A stretch of DNA of 63,790 bases, counting the filler, from Octopus bimaculoides (lineage: Eukaryota): assembly GCF_001194135.2 (NCBI RefSeq). It is 7 parts of 5 records of this genome, joined end to end, with 100 filler letters (N's around TTAATTAATTAA, not from the genome) between each part and the next. Parts side by side here need not be neighbours in the genome. Positions count along the whole stretch, not along the records: positions 44,953 to 59,262 come from NC_068981.1; positions 59,363 to 62,102 come from NC_068986.1; positions 62,203 to 63,790 come from NW_026311492.1; 4 more parts are not named here. One strand, given 5' to 3'. Shown here piece after piece: positions 50,761 through 63,755 of the stretch. Numbering within the stretch: position 1 is the stretch's first letter; every line of letters starts with the position of its first letter. Made by a program: the position numbers and the translations under genes. The notes below the pieces were generated by a model. The model was given only the letters and a program-made list of their open reading frames with translations, did not search any database and had not been told where the DNA came from.

Positions 50761-51719
50761 GCACTATGTAAGAAAGTTGCCAAAAATGGAAATTTTGCTT
50801 GTAACTTAAAAATACACTTAAAGATTATCTGTATGACAGTTCTTGTTGACTATTTATAATTTAATATCGTACATTATAAGATAAGATTCTTATTTTTATC
50901 TTTAAAATCAGAATTTTAAAGAAGCAAGTAACCCAAATTTAAAGAAAAGAAAAATTGCGTGCAATTCCAAAAAGTAACGTATTTTGATGAACCTGCCGGT
51001 TGTAGATAAATCGAATAAGTTTTAGGTTTATGAAGGTTCCTAGCTTGCATTAACTGCACTGAAAGCAAGCCCGATGAGAATTATAGTAATGAAATGTCTA
51101 CTGAAGATGTATCAAGTATGGTCCTTCATATTTCTTTTTCAGCAAAAACTATATTCCAAGATTTATACAGACATGGGCATTTGGAACCCTTTGGTTAGTG
51201 GAGGAAAGGAAGGAAATGATTGATTTAACAGTTTTTAAGTCTTTTGTTTAATTGAGACTACACAATTAGTAAAACGTCACTTTTACATAACTTTCCAGTA
51301 CATCTCAAAACACTTACAAAATTTGTTTACCTTTTTTCTTCCTTCTTGTTTTCCTTTTATTTCTGCTATTAGTAAAAGTTGCCTTGGTTACTGTTGTTAA
51401 TGTAGTGGTTATATAGCAAAGTTTTTCATTGCAGTTATTTCGCTGTATTACTTTCAATGCAAGCAATCTAATCAAAAAGTTAAAATCGCGTATGGCATTC
51501 CATAATGCCCTGTTATCTGTATATATTTATATTTTATCATATCTACAAGACCTCTGGTTGCACTTTAAGATTTATGTATCCGTGAAATTTGTACACTGTC
51601 CACCATTGTGCTTCCAAAGTGTGCATGTAATTTGCTACTGGCATCTAGAAAGTTGTGGAGGTTCTGAATAGTTCTTAAGATATTGCAGATTGGCATAGTA
51701 TTTTCAGTACATCTTGGAT

Positions 51720-51910
51720 AGCAAAATTTCGGATCTGAAGGAGAAGGTAGTCAATTATATCGATCCCAGTGCTCAACTGGTACTTAATCCCTCCATCCCC
51801 GAAAGGATGAAAGGCAAAGTCGACCTCGGTGGAATTTGAACTCAGAACGTAAAGACAGACGAAATACTGCTAAGTCCGGTGTGCTAACGATTCTGCTAGT
51901 TAGCTGCCTT
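51720..51910 (-). mobile_element. SINE family B, CpG-intact copy
   Basis: GCAGAATCGTTAG A box, GAGTTCAAATTCC B box and GTCGACTTTGCCTTTCATCCTTTCGGGG core. Confidence 0.82.
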
Positions 51911-52561
51911 ATCTGTATCTATAATAATGAATGCAAAGTGCAAGCGGAGAACAGTTCTTTATTGCCAACCCTCTATGAATACTACTCATATCTATTGCAT
52001 ATCTTACTTCAAAACATTCTCCAATAAATTTGTTGCTTTTCAGCTCCAGCTTCCCGAGTGCATTTTTATAAAGTGATCCGAATAAAAATTTCCTAGTTTC
52101 CCCTTCAGTCATGAATTTAATCTTGCGTCTTGCTCAACCCTGCTGACGTCAGACATTTCATCGAAGATAAAGAAATATCTTGAACACTTCTTCACAACAT
52201 AACTTCGCTGAGTTTATTTTGATGGCAAGTGAACGATAGAATTTCGAAAATAATTTTCAAGTATTCTTAATTATAAAAATATATTTTCTGGCAATGGTTT
52301 CAGTCACAATGTTAAAGGGATTGTATAAGTTCATGTAGTAAGCTATGAAATTCTTACATTCTCTCGGTTTCCTGTAATTCAGACCGCCTCATAGTCACAG
52401 TAAACAAAATAGAAAAGGATGGCGAATCAAAATAGACTGATTTAGTCCAATCTCAGGGATGTTGGCTAGCAGATATAGCGAAGCCAGTAATGAATGAGGG
52501 GTGGGTGAAGAATTTTAGAAAGGCTGTTTATCAAGAATTTTGGTTGTCTGTTTGCCAGCAC

Positions 52562-52720
52562 CACTAGCGTATGTGCCGCCCGGGGTGGCCCTTCCGTTTG
52601 CCGCCCCCGGCCCCTACTTAAAACCCAAAATATCTACAGCCGATCCAAAAGTGGTGCCCTTTAAAAGTGCCGCCCGGAGCGGACCGCCCCTACTGCCCCC
52701 CCCCCCTAGCTACGCTAGTG
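52562..52720. mobile_element. GC-rich 159-bp hAT-type MITE
   Basis: Perfect 10-bp TIR CACTAGCGTA/TACGCTAGTG and an 8-bp TSD GCCAGCAC (52554-52561) / GCCGGCAC (52721-52728), 7/8 identical. Confidence 0.7.
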
Positions 52721-53106
52721 GCCGGCACCTAATTTACCTGCTTTTGTTATTTTGTTAAACGTTTGGCTTTTCCTATCTGATATTTTTTCTTATTGTTTTG
52801 CCTAAATTTTCTCTATTGTTCCGTCCGACTTTGAGAGGACAGTTGTTCTCCTGCTCATTCCCCAACTCGCTCACCCGTGTGCATAGTGCACCAGCTTAAA
52901 ATTTTCAAACTAAAGTTAAAAACACTCGAATGCAGATGCATCTCTAACCTTGTAGAAAAGAATGTTACTACAGGGTGTTCATATTAATAAATAAAGTATC
53001 CGATGACGATCAGGGAAGAAATAGATCAAAATNNNNNNNNNNNNNNNNNNNNNNNNNNNNNNNNNNNNNNNNNNNNNNNNNNNNNNNNNNNNNNNNNNNN
53101 NNNNNN

Positions 53107-53153
<47 letters not shown>

Positions 53154-53155
<2 letters not shown>

Positions 53156-54400
53156 GGGTGCGTAAGGTATTTGAGGACATACCTTTTTGGGAGTCATTGC
53201 TGTATTTTTTGCTAACTCTGTATAACCTTTGTTTCAGAAAATAATAATGGCAGACCCTCAGCTTACTCAAGAAATGAAGAGGCATGCTGTTATTGTGGTT
53301 ATAAAGGCTGAGCATAGCGATTTAGAAATATCTCGATTTTTAAAAGCTACCAGATCTTTCGTCTACAAAGGAGCTAGAGACTGAAGATGGAAACGTATCA
53401 CCAGCACCAGTATCAAAGCATAAAAAGCATTCTAAACGCTCTGAAATCATCAGAACACCTGAATTTATCCCAGCAAGTTCAACAGACCATTGATTACAAA
53501 CCCAGAAACTCCATGAGGTCAATTGCAAAAGACCTCCATGTGTCAGAAGGAACAGTTAGAAATGTTGTCCACGAAGACATCAGATATAAATCTTATATGA
53601 TGAGAAAAGGTCAATTTGTCAGAAAAAGCAAAACGAAATCACTACATCAGATCTAAAAGGCTCTTAAACAAACTGAAAAATCCAGCAGAAGAAGATTAGA
53701 TTTGGTTTTTCTCAAGCTAGAAAAACTTCGATCAAGATCAAAAAGTTAACAAGAAATGACAGATGGTTATGTGCAAACCCTTCTGAAGTTCCAAGTGTTA
53801 TTGCATACCAAATTTCCTGCAGCCGTCATGGTTTTAAGGATTGTCAGCAATGAAGGACAAGGCCTTCGAGTTAACTCTGTCGCCTACTTTGAGGTCCTGG
53901 AAATAATTTTTAGGCCATGGGTAGACAGTGTATGCAATGGGAGGCCATATTTGTTTCAGTAAGACTCTGAACTATCACATATGACTCTAGTAACACAGGA
54001 GTGGATGTCTGAAAATTTTGATGATCATATAACCCCTAACATTTGGCCTCCTAATTCCCCAGATCTCAATCCATTGGACTATTACATGTGGAGAGTTGGA
54101 GAAAGAAGTCAATGGACACGCCCATAACACCAAAGATTCTTTGAAAGCTGCCATTGTCAGATTAATATCCAGAATGAAACAGCACCACTTGATTCGAGCA
54201 TGAAGATGATTTAGATCTCATATACAAGCAGTTGTTGAAGCTGAAGGTGGCTTTATTGAATAACATTATTGAAAAGAAGATTTATTTTTATCCTCATAGA
54301 ATTTTTCGATAAATAAATTTATCTGTTATTATATATCTGTTTTTTTAATTTTTTTTTTTTTATAACTATAAATCTGTCCTCAAATATCTTACGCACCCTG
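53154..54400 (+). mobile_element. Near full-length DD37D (maT) Tc1/mariner transposon, inactivated
   Basis: 26-bp TIRs CAGGGTGCGTAAG(G/A)TATTTGAGGACA flanked by TA. Transposase pieces include SMRSIAKDLHVSEGTVRNVVHED and WPPNSPDLNPLDY. There are 37 residues between Asp codons 53963 and 54077, a stop at 53960 and several frameshifts. Confidence 0.9.
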
Positions 54401-57400
54401 TACATAAACGAGCTGACTAGTTCGAAAAATTATAATCTTATTAATTCGTCTAAGATATTTAGACATTAATTAACTGTGAAGTTTCCTGTTAGAAAAGACA
54501 TTTGTCATAACTTTAATGTAGTATATGCATGAAAACATGGCATTCGTTTGTTGGAAAACGTTGTCAAACAAAATTATGACTCAACACGTTTTCATGGCGC
54601 AAGGTTGAAATAATTTTGTTTGAAATAGAATACTTTTTCTAGTGTAATTTAACGGTAAAATTTCATGGGATGGTTTTTTTTCAGATAAAATGTAAAAAAT
54701 ACTGAGACTAGAAATCTTCAGTTATAAATTATATTTGATAAAATTACTTTTATACTTAGCTATGTTTTTGGCTACTTTTACCGCAGGCCATGTGAAACTT
54801 AAGTGTACTTTTAAACTCAACTATGTTTTGGTTAGTTTTACTGCAGGCTATGTGAAACTTAAGTGTACCACCAAATAAATAGATTGTTAACGTTCGTATC
54901 ATTCGGTTTTGTAGTGCATATATTGTTGTTGCTGTTGTTGTTGTTGTTGTTGTTGTTGAACCTCAGACTAACCATGATCGAGCAGACCTGTTAAAAAAGG
55001 CATTCATCCATGATAATCCCGTCTTCGTTTTAGAGGTGTGTAAGGCAACATTAATGAGCCCTATCCTTATATAAGACGACAGGGTGTGATTTGAGAAAGA
55101 TTTTGTTGCTGTTTCTACCAGGTTGAGCCACCTGTCTGAGATTCCCTAACTCGTAAATGTATTGTAAATGTAATTCGTTTGCATGAGTCGACTAATTAAT
55201 TTCATAGCTCGATTACAGCATGCAATAATCAGGAAATAAGAAATAGCTATATATTAGTTTGTTTATTTCCCTCTTCTTTCTCTTCCTTCTCACCCCACCA
55301 GCCAATCAATGTATAGCACAGCATGAGATATCAACGAAAGCGAATGCAAACCAAACGAATCTGCTTTAGCTTTTAATAATACAGACCTAAGGATTAAACT
55401 TTGATGTCATTTGCATTCTACGTAGTCTTTCATTTCATTAATTAACCAAGATGGAAATAAATTTCTTCTTTCAATGCAACCACGTAATCAAGTAAGCTGT
55501 TGTTATATTAGTTCGACAGAATAATAGATTTGTATTTCTATCATGTCAGATGTTAGTTGTTCCTGGTTTAATTTTTGATTAAGGACCTTGCCTACGAAGG
55601 TTTCATAAATCTTATGTTAATTATTTACGAATATATTTGAACTAATTCCTTCCTCTTAGAGACTAGTCGGAGTATACCAGTGTGTAACAGTCGTTTCTAA
55701 CATGGATACACAGTCAGAATTTTTTGTTGGAGTTAGTCTCTTAACAAGTGTTTTATTTTATGACTGGTGCTTTATTTTATCAACCCGGAAGAATGAAAAA
55801 TGAAGTTGACTTCAACGGCATTTTGAACCCAGAATGAAAAGAGCTAAAAGAAATGCCGCAAAGCATATTGTCCAGCGCTCTAACAATTCTACATATAATG
55901 TATATTATAATAAATGACGTGATTCTCTGTCCGTCCATTACACGCTATCCTCAGATCGAATTGGTTTTCAAGAAATCTATTTATAGAAACGAAATAAAAA
56001 AATATGAACTCATTTGAATTAGTTCATTGAATTCATATGTGTAACGTAAGAAAAAAATAAGGTTCGTATTCTGTTTTTGATCATAGTTTATTTTTTCTCA
56101 TAGGCCACTGAAAAAAATTGACTATGAATATTTCACTCGCAAATACAAGAGACAGGACTATATGATGGAAAGCAAAAGATAAAAAGCAAAATAATAAAAA
56201 TAGCGGCATATTTACTAAAATTTTCAGTGAGTAAAACAGTTAATTCAGCCATAAACCTATTTCTCATTATTGAATACAGTTCTTTCTGCCACCTGAAACT
56301 ATTTATTTTTAGGTCCCTTATTTTCACAATCCTTCAGTCAGTAAAATAGTCAATTCTGCTGTTTGTAACATAAATATATTATTTTCCACTTGAATATTTG
56401 TTGGTACACAGCAATAGGGAAATGTTATTAAAAAAAAAAATCATGAAAGCATTCATTATTGCGAATGAAAATAATCATTGCAACTTGTAGATGTTTTCGA
56501 TCTACCTTGGATTCTTTACAGTCAAATTTGATGGCAAAGAATCTAAACTAGATCGAAAGCATCTATATTAATTCCCTTTGACTTTCATCTTCTGCCAGAG
56601 ATATATACGCATATATTCTCAAATATGAGAGCTTTTATGTGATTACTTGATGAGCTAGAAATAGTAGCCAAGTTTCCTTCAAGGCATTGAAAAAGACACA
56701 TAATAATGATGAAAACAGAACCTTGATTAGGAAACTTGTTTGCCGAGAAGTTATGAAAGTAAATGTAAATTTTGCACACTGTATGTACTGAGTTTGCAGG
56801 ATATGAAATAAAATACCTCTAGTGTTTTCAATTTATCAATACTAAGAAATTATTTATTAAATCTTCACTGAGAAAGACAGCCTAAATTTCAATAATTTAT
56901 CCAAATAAAAGAACACTTAACATCTATTTTTCTGAAAATTAAGCTATAGCTAAAGTTATTAACTTTCTAATTCTTTCAAAAATGAATATATTTTTTATTA
57001 AAGTTAACATTTAAAAATTTACCATCTTACTGTCAGCAGAGATGCTATGATAATTTCTCGGAAATTCAAGCAAAGATTAAATCGTATTTTGGTTCGAGAC
57101 CTGTGTCTCTGTTAAAACAACTTGTGTACGAAGTACACGAAACGGTAAAAATAACAAGTTTTTCATTAGGTTTAAGTGCTGGACTTAAAGCGCTGGCTTG
57201 AAGTAACGGACACGGAGAGATGTCCATTTTCCAAATAGGAAATCATAGGTAATCTGATATTCTGTTCAAGGGAGGAGTGCGTACCTTGAATAGGTTGGTT
57301 CCGAATTAAATGGAATATATTTTAATATGTTTTAGTTACCTCTGATATCGACGGATAAAAAGGAAAAAAAAATTTAATCCGTATATTTTTTTAATTGAAA

Positions 57401-58316
57401 CAATCCAAGACTATGAATAATCGTTCGACCTGTTAGAAACGGCAGATACACCTACCTCAAATAAACCCCAACTGTCTTAATGAAAGAAAGGTACGTTGGA
57501 TAACAGATTCCTTGAGGTTCCTTAAAACTTATAATACTCACTGGTGGGTACTTGTGATCAGAGGTTAGCTCAATCAAGTTCGACTTCGGGACTAAACAGC
57601 AACAACTGTTTATAGAAACGTTTTATTGGAAAACGAAAGAAAAGAAGAAAGAAAGAAAACGAAAGAATGAAAGAAAGGAAGAATGAAAAAAGGAAAGAGA
57701 AAAAGAAAAAAGAAAGATAGATAGAAAGAAGGAAAGGAAATTCTATAAACTCCCTTCTGAGAAAAGTATTCGAGTTTATGCACCCGGTAAATATTATTCA
57801 TCATAAGAATATATCCAATATAAAAGTTATGTCTGTTTCGTTATTTCTAATAATAACACGTGACAATAGATACTGGAGGAAGGACAAGGTCGATTAAATC
57901 GATGACGATACTTGGGTGATACTTATTTTATCGAAACTGAAATGATAAAATGGTGGAGTAGATCCACTGTGGTAATTGAATGGAAGACATAAAGGTTCTG
58001 GTTAAGCACCGCAAGATTTTTTGCTCTGTCGATTCTACTATTGATCTATCATTATTGCTTATAAATTATTATGTTTTTTAGTCAACATATTTATTGAAAA
58101 TAGCTATACCTATGCAGATCATCGCTATTTTCTTTACTCATTGCGCGGTGATCGCTATAAGCCTTAAGCTTATAAAATACTAGTATTATTACTTACAGAA
58201 TTATAAAAATCGGCACTGCTTAACAAAACCATCGCAATGAAAGCATATGATAGTATGTGTGCAAAAACAACTATGAACTAATTATAGTTCTTAAATCTGA
58301 CGGAAAATAGGCGGTT

Positions 58317-58396
58317 GGTTCGATGGTGTAATCGGTAGTACACTTAGTCGCCTAAACAAAGAGGTATGGTGCGAGTCCAACGCGTACGGGAAAACC
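58317..58396 (+). pseudogene. Degenerate tRNA-like sequence with an oligo-T terminator
   Basis: GGTTCGA-TG-GTGT-AATCGGTAGT-ACAC D arm, a B-box-like GGTGCGAGTCC and TTTTTT at 58400-58405. Confidence 0.35.
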
Positions 58397-58535
58397 TACT
58401 TTTTTCTGTCGAGGGCCTTATATGCCCCATTATTAGACTATTTTCTTTCCTCATTGCGTGGCGATCGCTTTAAGCTAATAAAATATTATTATTATTTACA
58501 GAATTGTAAAAATTGACACTGCTTAACAAAGCTAT

Positions 58536-58623
<88 letters not shown>

Positions 58624-58669
58624 TATATGCATATATATGTACATGTATGTACATACCTTCATCTACATG

Positions 58670-59242
58670 TACATATAGATACATATCTGGGTACATGACG
58701 TTGCAAAAAAACATAGACAAAATAATAAACAGGGTACAAAAAACAAGCAGGCCACATAGAAAATATATCCTTCATCAGCTGCCACCATTAAAACACTGGC
58801 GTTTATATATATATACTTACTTGGAAAAAGATGCGTAGCGTTCGATCACATAATAATTTAAATAACATATAAACATATGCATATATACATACATATACGT
58901 ACATACCTACATATATATGTAATATATTCATGCATATATGGGTACAGGACATAAAAAAAACGTAGACAAAATGAGAAACGGGAACATAAAAAAACAAAAC
59001 CATAGAAAACGAACTTTTTTTCGAACAACGAAAAAAACAAACAGAGAAACTAGACATGCAACATAAAGAACATTCCCTTCATCAGTTGTCTCCTGTTTTA
59101 TCTACTCCGCGTTTCGAAGGTAAGGACAAGACGTGACTTCGTTAAAACTCCTTCCCGCAAAGCAAATTAAATAAAGTTTGAGATTTTCTGCGGAGAGTGA
59201 AAGTGATAACAAAAACAGGACGGTAAGAACAAAACAGTAAAA
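58670..59242 (-). repeat. Two tandem related short repeats, each containing CTGATGAAGG on the minus strand
   Basis: GGGTACA.GAC..T..AAAAAAAC.TAGACAAAAT...CCTTCATCAG.TG occurs at about 58688-58782 and 58938-59090. Confidence 0.5.
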
Positions 59243-59697
59243 ACAAACGGTGAGGGCTGTTANNNNNNNNNNNNNNNNNNNNNNNNNNNNNNNNNNNNNN
59301 NNNNNNTTAATTAATTAANNNNNNNNNNNNNNNNNNNNNNNNNNNNNNNNNNNNNNNNNNNNTATATATATACATATATATATATTGAGAAAAAGGAGGC
59401 AGACACAATTTTGGATAATTCTGTATTATTACTTTGCTAAGCAGCTAGATTAGATGTCTCTCCTAATGAGTGGTAAAATGGTTCCAGTATTCTTTCTCCG
59501 GTACATGTAAGTTCTAAAAGAATAACAGTTGTCAAAGAGCACACCTCGAAGAGACTATTCTAGAGTACGTTCTGTCTTATCTTCGAAACGTCTAGATNNN
59601 NNNNNNNNNNNNNNNNNNNNNNNNNNNNNNNNNNNNNNNNNNNNNNNNNNNNNNNNNNNNNNNNNNNNNNNNNNNNNNNNNNNNNNNNNNNNNNNNN

Positions 59698-60188
59698 GGG
59701 ACTGGGAAGGGATTATTCATTACGAATTGCTTGAACGGAACCAAACGATCAACACGGAACTCTATGTTCAACAGATGGAACGACTTAACACGGCTATTCA
59801 GGAGAACAGACCTAATCGGCAGCATGGAGTTCTTCTGCTGCACGACAACGCCCGTCCTCATATCGCCAATATGACCAAGGAAGCCATTCAAACGCATGAC
59901 TGGGAAATGCTGCTGCACCCACCGTACTCTCCTGGTTTAGCACCAATGGATTTCTACCTCTTTCGATCAATACTGATGCAGAATTTAGAGCTTGGTTGGA
60001 TCAATTTTTCGAGTCGAAATCGGGTGATTTCTACCAACGAAGTATTGAAAATCTTGTTGAACGCTGGGAAGAAGTTGTAAACAACATGGGTGAATAAATT
60101 ATTGATTAATTAGTTGTTATTTTTTATTAAACCTTTTAAAAAAATTTTAATTTAAAAAAAAACGGCGGGAACTTAGTTGCCAACCCAA
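59698..60188 (+). mobile_element. Mariner transposon 3' half
   Basis: DWEGIIHYELL, LLHDNARPH and HPPYSPGLAPMDFYLF. The right TIR AAAACGGCGGGAACTTAGTTGCCAACCCAA is followed by TA. Confidence 0.9.
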
Positions 60189-60399
60189 TATATATATATA
60201 TATATATATAATTATTACATTACCATGTGCGCGACAAGTGATGCTATATGTGGGATTCTCAGCTTTTTTAGCTGCTATTTCTGAACTTCGGTATATGGTG
60301 AAGCAAATATTTGCTGATCCCTTAATTATATATATATATATATATATATGATCATTTATAGTGATGAGTATCACGTTATTAACATTGGAGACACATTCA

Positions 60400-61790
60400 G
60401 AAACAACAGTAATAAGTATAATATAAATGTTTTCTTTTCATCCATCATCATTACTATTAAAAAATAATAAAAATGTTGTTCCTCTGCTTCTCTTTCAAAC
60501 ATTTAATTTTGGAGAAATTGTTTTGATGTAGCTCCATTGCTTTACGGAATTTTGGGTCATCTCTTGAACATTTGTAAAAAGGGAATAATACAATACGTCC
60601 TGCCATGCTGTATGGGATGTTCCTTTTGATGCGTAAGGGATGGCAAGAGTAGAAATTCAAATTTGGTGTGTATCCATTTTTTTTTCTAAAATATGTCTGT
60701 TGTGATGGTGGAGTTGTGTATTTTTATGTGAATATCTGGGAATGGTAATTCATTGCAACTGGATTCTGTCGTGAATTTGATGGATGGGTGAAGTGTGTTG
60801 AGTATATTATTAAATATTTGTAGGTCATCATTTGATTTGTCCCAAAAGATGAAGTAGTCATCGAGGAAGCGCTTCCACATTTCAATGATGCATTTCTTGC
60901 AATCCTGATTAAAAGCTCTCTCTACTTCTTCATAAAACTTATCTTCCAAGTATATATTTAAGCAGACCATGTTTTATTATGTAATTTATATCCTCCAGAG
61001 TGGCTTCCAACTAAATATACAATGTACATACAAATTTCATTTATGATGTTTGATTAGTTGTTCATAGAGAATAGATTGAATTGTAAATAGTCCCGAATAA
61101 TTAATTTTTTTTTTTTAATATTCTGACTTTATTTTCCTAATTTATGAATGTTGTACTAATATTTAATGTATGTTCATGCAAAACATGGAATTACACAGAA
61201 TATGGGACTTGGCTATACGAGTGTAAAGGAATATAAATTTTCATAGGACTTTGAACTTTTATTTTTCAGTGATAACCGCACCCTCCCCACTTTTCTTATT
61301 TTTTTCTTACTTCCTAAAATTGAGTCAGTTTCAAGCGTTTATTTATCCGTCCTCTATGTTTCTCTACCCAGCGTTTGACTGCTCCCAGGCTCAAAGTGTG
61401 AGGTATATTGGTAGAAAGATTGGTGAGGTCAAAGCTTGTAAGTGTAGTACCTTCTGGGACAGTGAATGGAATGTGTTGGAGGAAATCTATGCCGTCCCGT
61501 ATATAGCTGGGCATTAAAGGGCATAAATATTTTAGGAGTGTGTCCCAAAAATGACTCAACTGTTGTGTTGGTTCTTGAAGTCCAGCAGCTCTTGGTCTCA
61601 GTTTGAGGTTCGTAGGTCTTAGTATTTTTATGTATTGGTTCCTCTGCTCATTTACGGCTCTCTGTATTTCGGGGCTTTTGTGGATTTTGGGTAATCCGTA
61701 GAAATTGCTCTTTGATTATAGAGTTGCATAAATAATTTTTCTCTTTGTCTGTGAAAGAATTTTACTATTTATTAATTTGTGTTTTGATTT
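60400..61790 (-). mobile_element. Penelope-like element reverse transcriptase, disrupted
   Basis: FYGLPKIHK, LRP, SYIRDGIDFL, LTSFDLTNLSTNIPH, WKRFLDDYFIFW, LNTLHPSIKFTTE, LPFPD and SCHP..KRNIPY are PLE RT motifs. Confidence 0.88.
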
Positions 61791-61799
61791 TATTCATTA

Positions 61800-61890
61800 C
61801 TAGCAGAAATACCCGGCGTTGCCCGGGTTAAAGAGAATAATGAAATCTAAAAACGCCGTCTAGACTACGCATCATCTTTATATATAGAGA
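61800..61890 (-). mobile_element. 91-bp non-autonomous Helitron
   Basis: Minus strand A|TCTCTATATATAAAG...ACCCGGGCAACGCCGGGT-ATTTCTG-CTAG|T shows a 5' TC, a subterminal GC hairpin, a 3' CTAG and an A|T insertion site with no TSD. Confidence 0.85.
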
Positions 61891-62626
61891 TGTATATACA
61901 CACACGCACCCAAACACACGTATATATATGTATATCAATATAAATATATGAAAGTCAATGAAGTTTCGTAAAAGAAGGTGATCACGTACATACTTTCTTG
62001 CTGTTGTGATTATAACACCTCATTGTAAACTATGTTCCTTGTTTTCCCTTGTGGAGCGTATACAAATAGGTTTTTTGTTGCTGCCCACTCTTGAGCAGCC
62101 AANNNNNNNNNNNNNNNNNNNNNNNNNNNNNNNNNNNNNNNNNNNNTTAATTAATTAANNNNNNNNNNNNNNNNNNNNNNNNNNNNNNNNNNNNNNNNNN
62201 NNTAGTGTATTATTTGTACATTTCTAAAGAGCAGAATCTATACAGCTGATATATAATTAGCTAGATTCCTGGCGTAAAGAAAGTTATTGTTGTTTATTTA
62301 AAGTGAGGGATGGGTACAATTTGTTTCATCGTATAAAAGGAGGTTAATAAAATTTTGCCCAGAAATCAAGCAGACTAGCCTGTTTGCTTTAGCTAAGTCA
62401 AAATGGTTTTTTATATTCTTCCTTCCAACTTGGATTGTTTAATTGTAATTACAACAGCAATATGTCCTTCTACTGAAATTTCATTTCAGTAAATTTTGTG
62501 TATCTTCGTGCAGCTGAAGATTGCTCTGCATTTTACATTTAATGTAATGCACGCATTGCTTAAACAAATGGAATCACATGAAACGATCGTACTGCAGTAA
62601 CCTTCAATATCCTTGTTTCTTATTTT

Positions 62627-62657
<31 letters not shown>

Positions 62658-63755
62658 GGCACACACAGTCATACATACATACATATACACACCACCCCAA
62701 TACGCATTTACATATATGCGTATATACAGATCTTTTCATAATTTTAGATACGCAAAAAAGTTATCGAAGTGATTCAAAGACGGAGAATTGCATACATGAC
62801 AATTTACCAGGCTGGTTGATAAACGCCATGTCACGATTTCATTGGACGAAGTGGAAGCGAAAGTTTTCTAAAATCGAATAAATTGCAATATTGAATTCCA
62901 TTCTTTTTCGCTTTTGTCTCCCCTCTTGGCACAAGTTGCTTTCTAATTCACTCGTAACACGAAACGTTTAAACTGATTGATAATTACCGTATCGATCCGC
63001 TGTCGATGCTCATAAAATTTAATCAGTCGATGAAAATCTACCTACATGTCTCTTTTACCAATGATAATGCAGAACCTTGTACCAATTTTAGTTTGGAATA
63101 TTAAGCCCTTTTATGCAGAACTTTTATGCAAACGCATACTTCATCATGACGTTTACTACGTACGACCTCATCTAACAAAATGGCAAAATATATTACTTGA
63201 ATTAATTTCCATTTTGGTCCGATTCATCTTTACTTTGAGCAAGTATTGCATATCAGGAAAACGGGCGAATATAACGGAAGCCATTTTAGTTGGGTAGCGA
63301 AGCCAATAAAATTTTAGTTACCGATCGATAAATCGTTGTGATTTCGTAACGAAATTATTTATTTCACACATGTTTAATAAATTATATATTGCTCTCTGAT
63401 CACTGGGCAACTGGATCTATAAATATAGGAAGGAGGAAATTGGAAATTGATCATTGTAACATATATTGGTACCAGCAAATGATAGCTGATATTTTACTAT
63501 TTCAAATACCCGAAAGTGAAAAGCGGAAAAATGAGGAGGTATCCCAGTAGTTGGAATGCAGGATTAAATAATATTGTGATAGGTGTAGGCGTCTGGTAAG
63601 AAGTATGTTTCTCAACCCCATGGTTTCCGATTCAGTCCTAAAGCGTGGCACGTTGGTCAATGGACTTCCACGTTAACTTCGGGCCAACGAAATCTTGTAT
63701 GATGATTTGATAAGCAGAAAACGTACATACATATGTATGTATGTACATACATACC

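Noticed and set aside
51071-51108. CCGATGAG..TAATGAAATGTC hammerhead-like remnant
   Set aside because: U4 is mutated, helix II is incomplete and helix I is absent.
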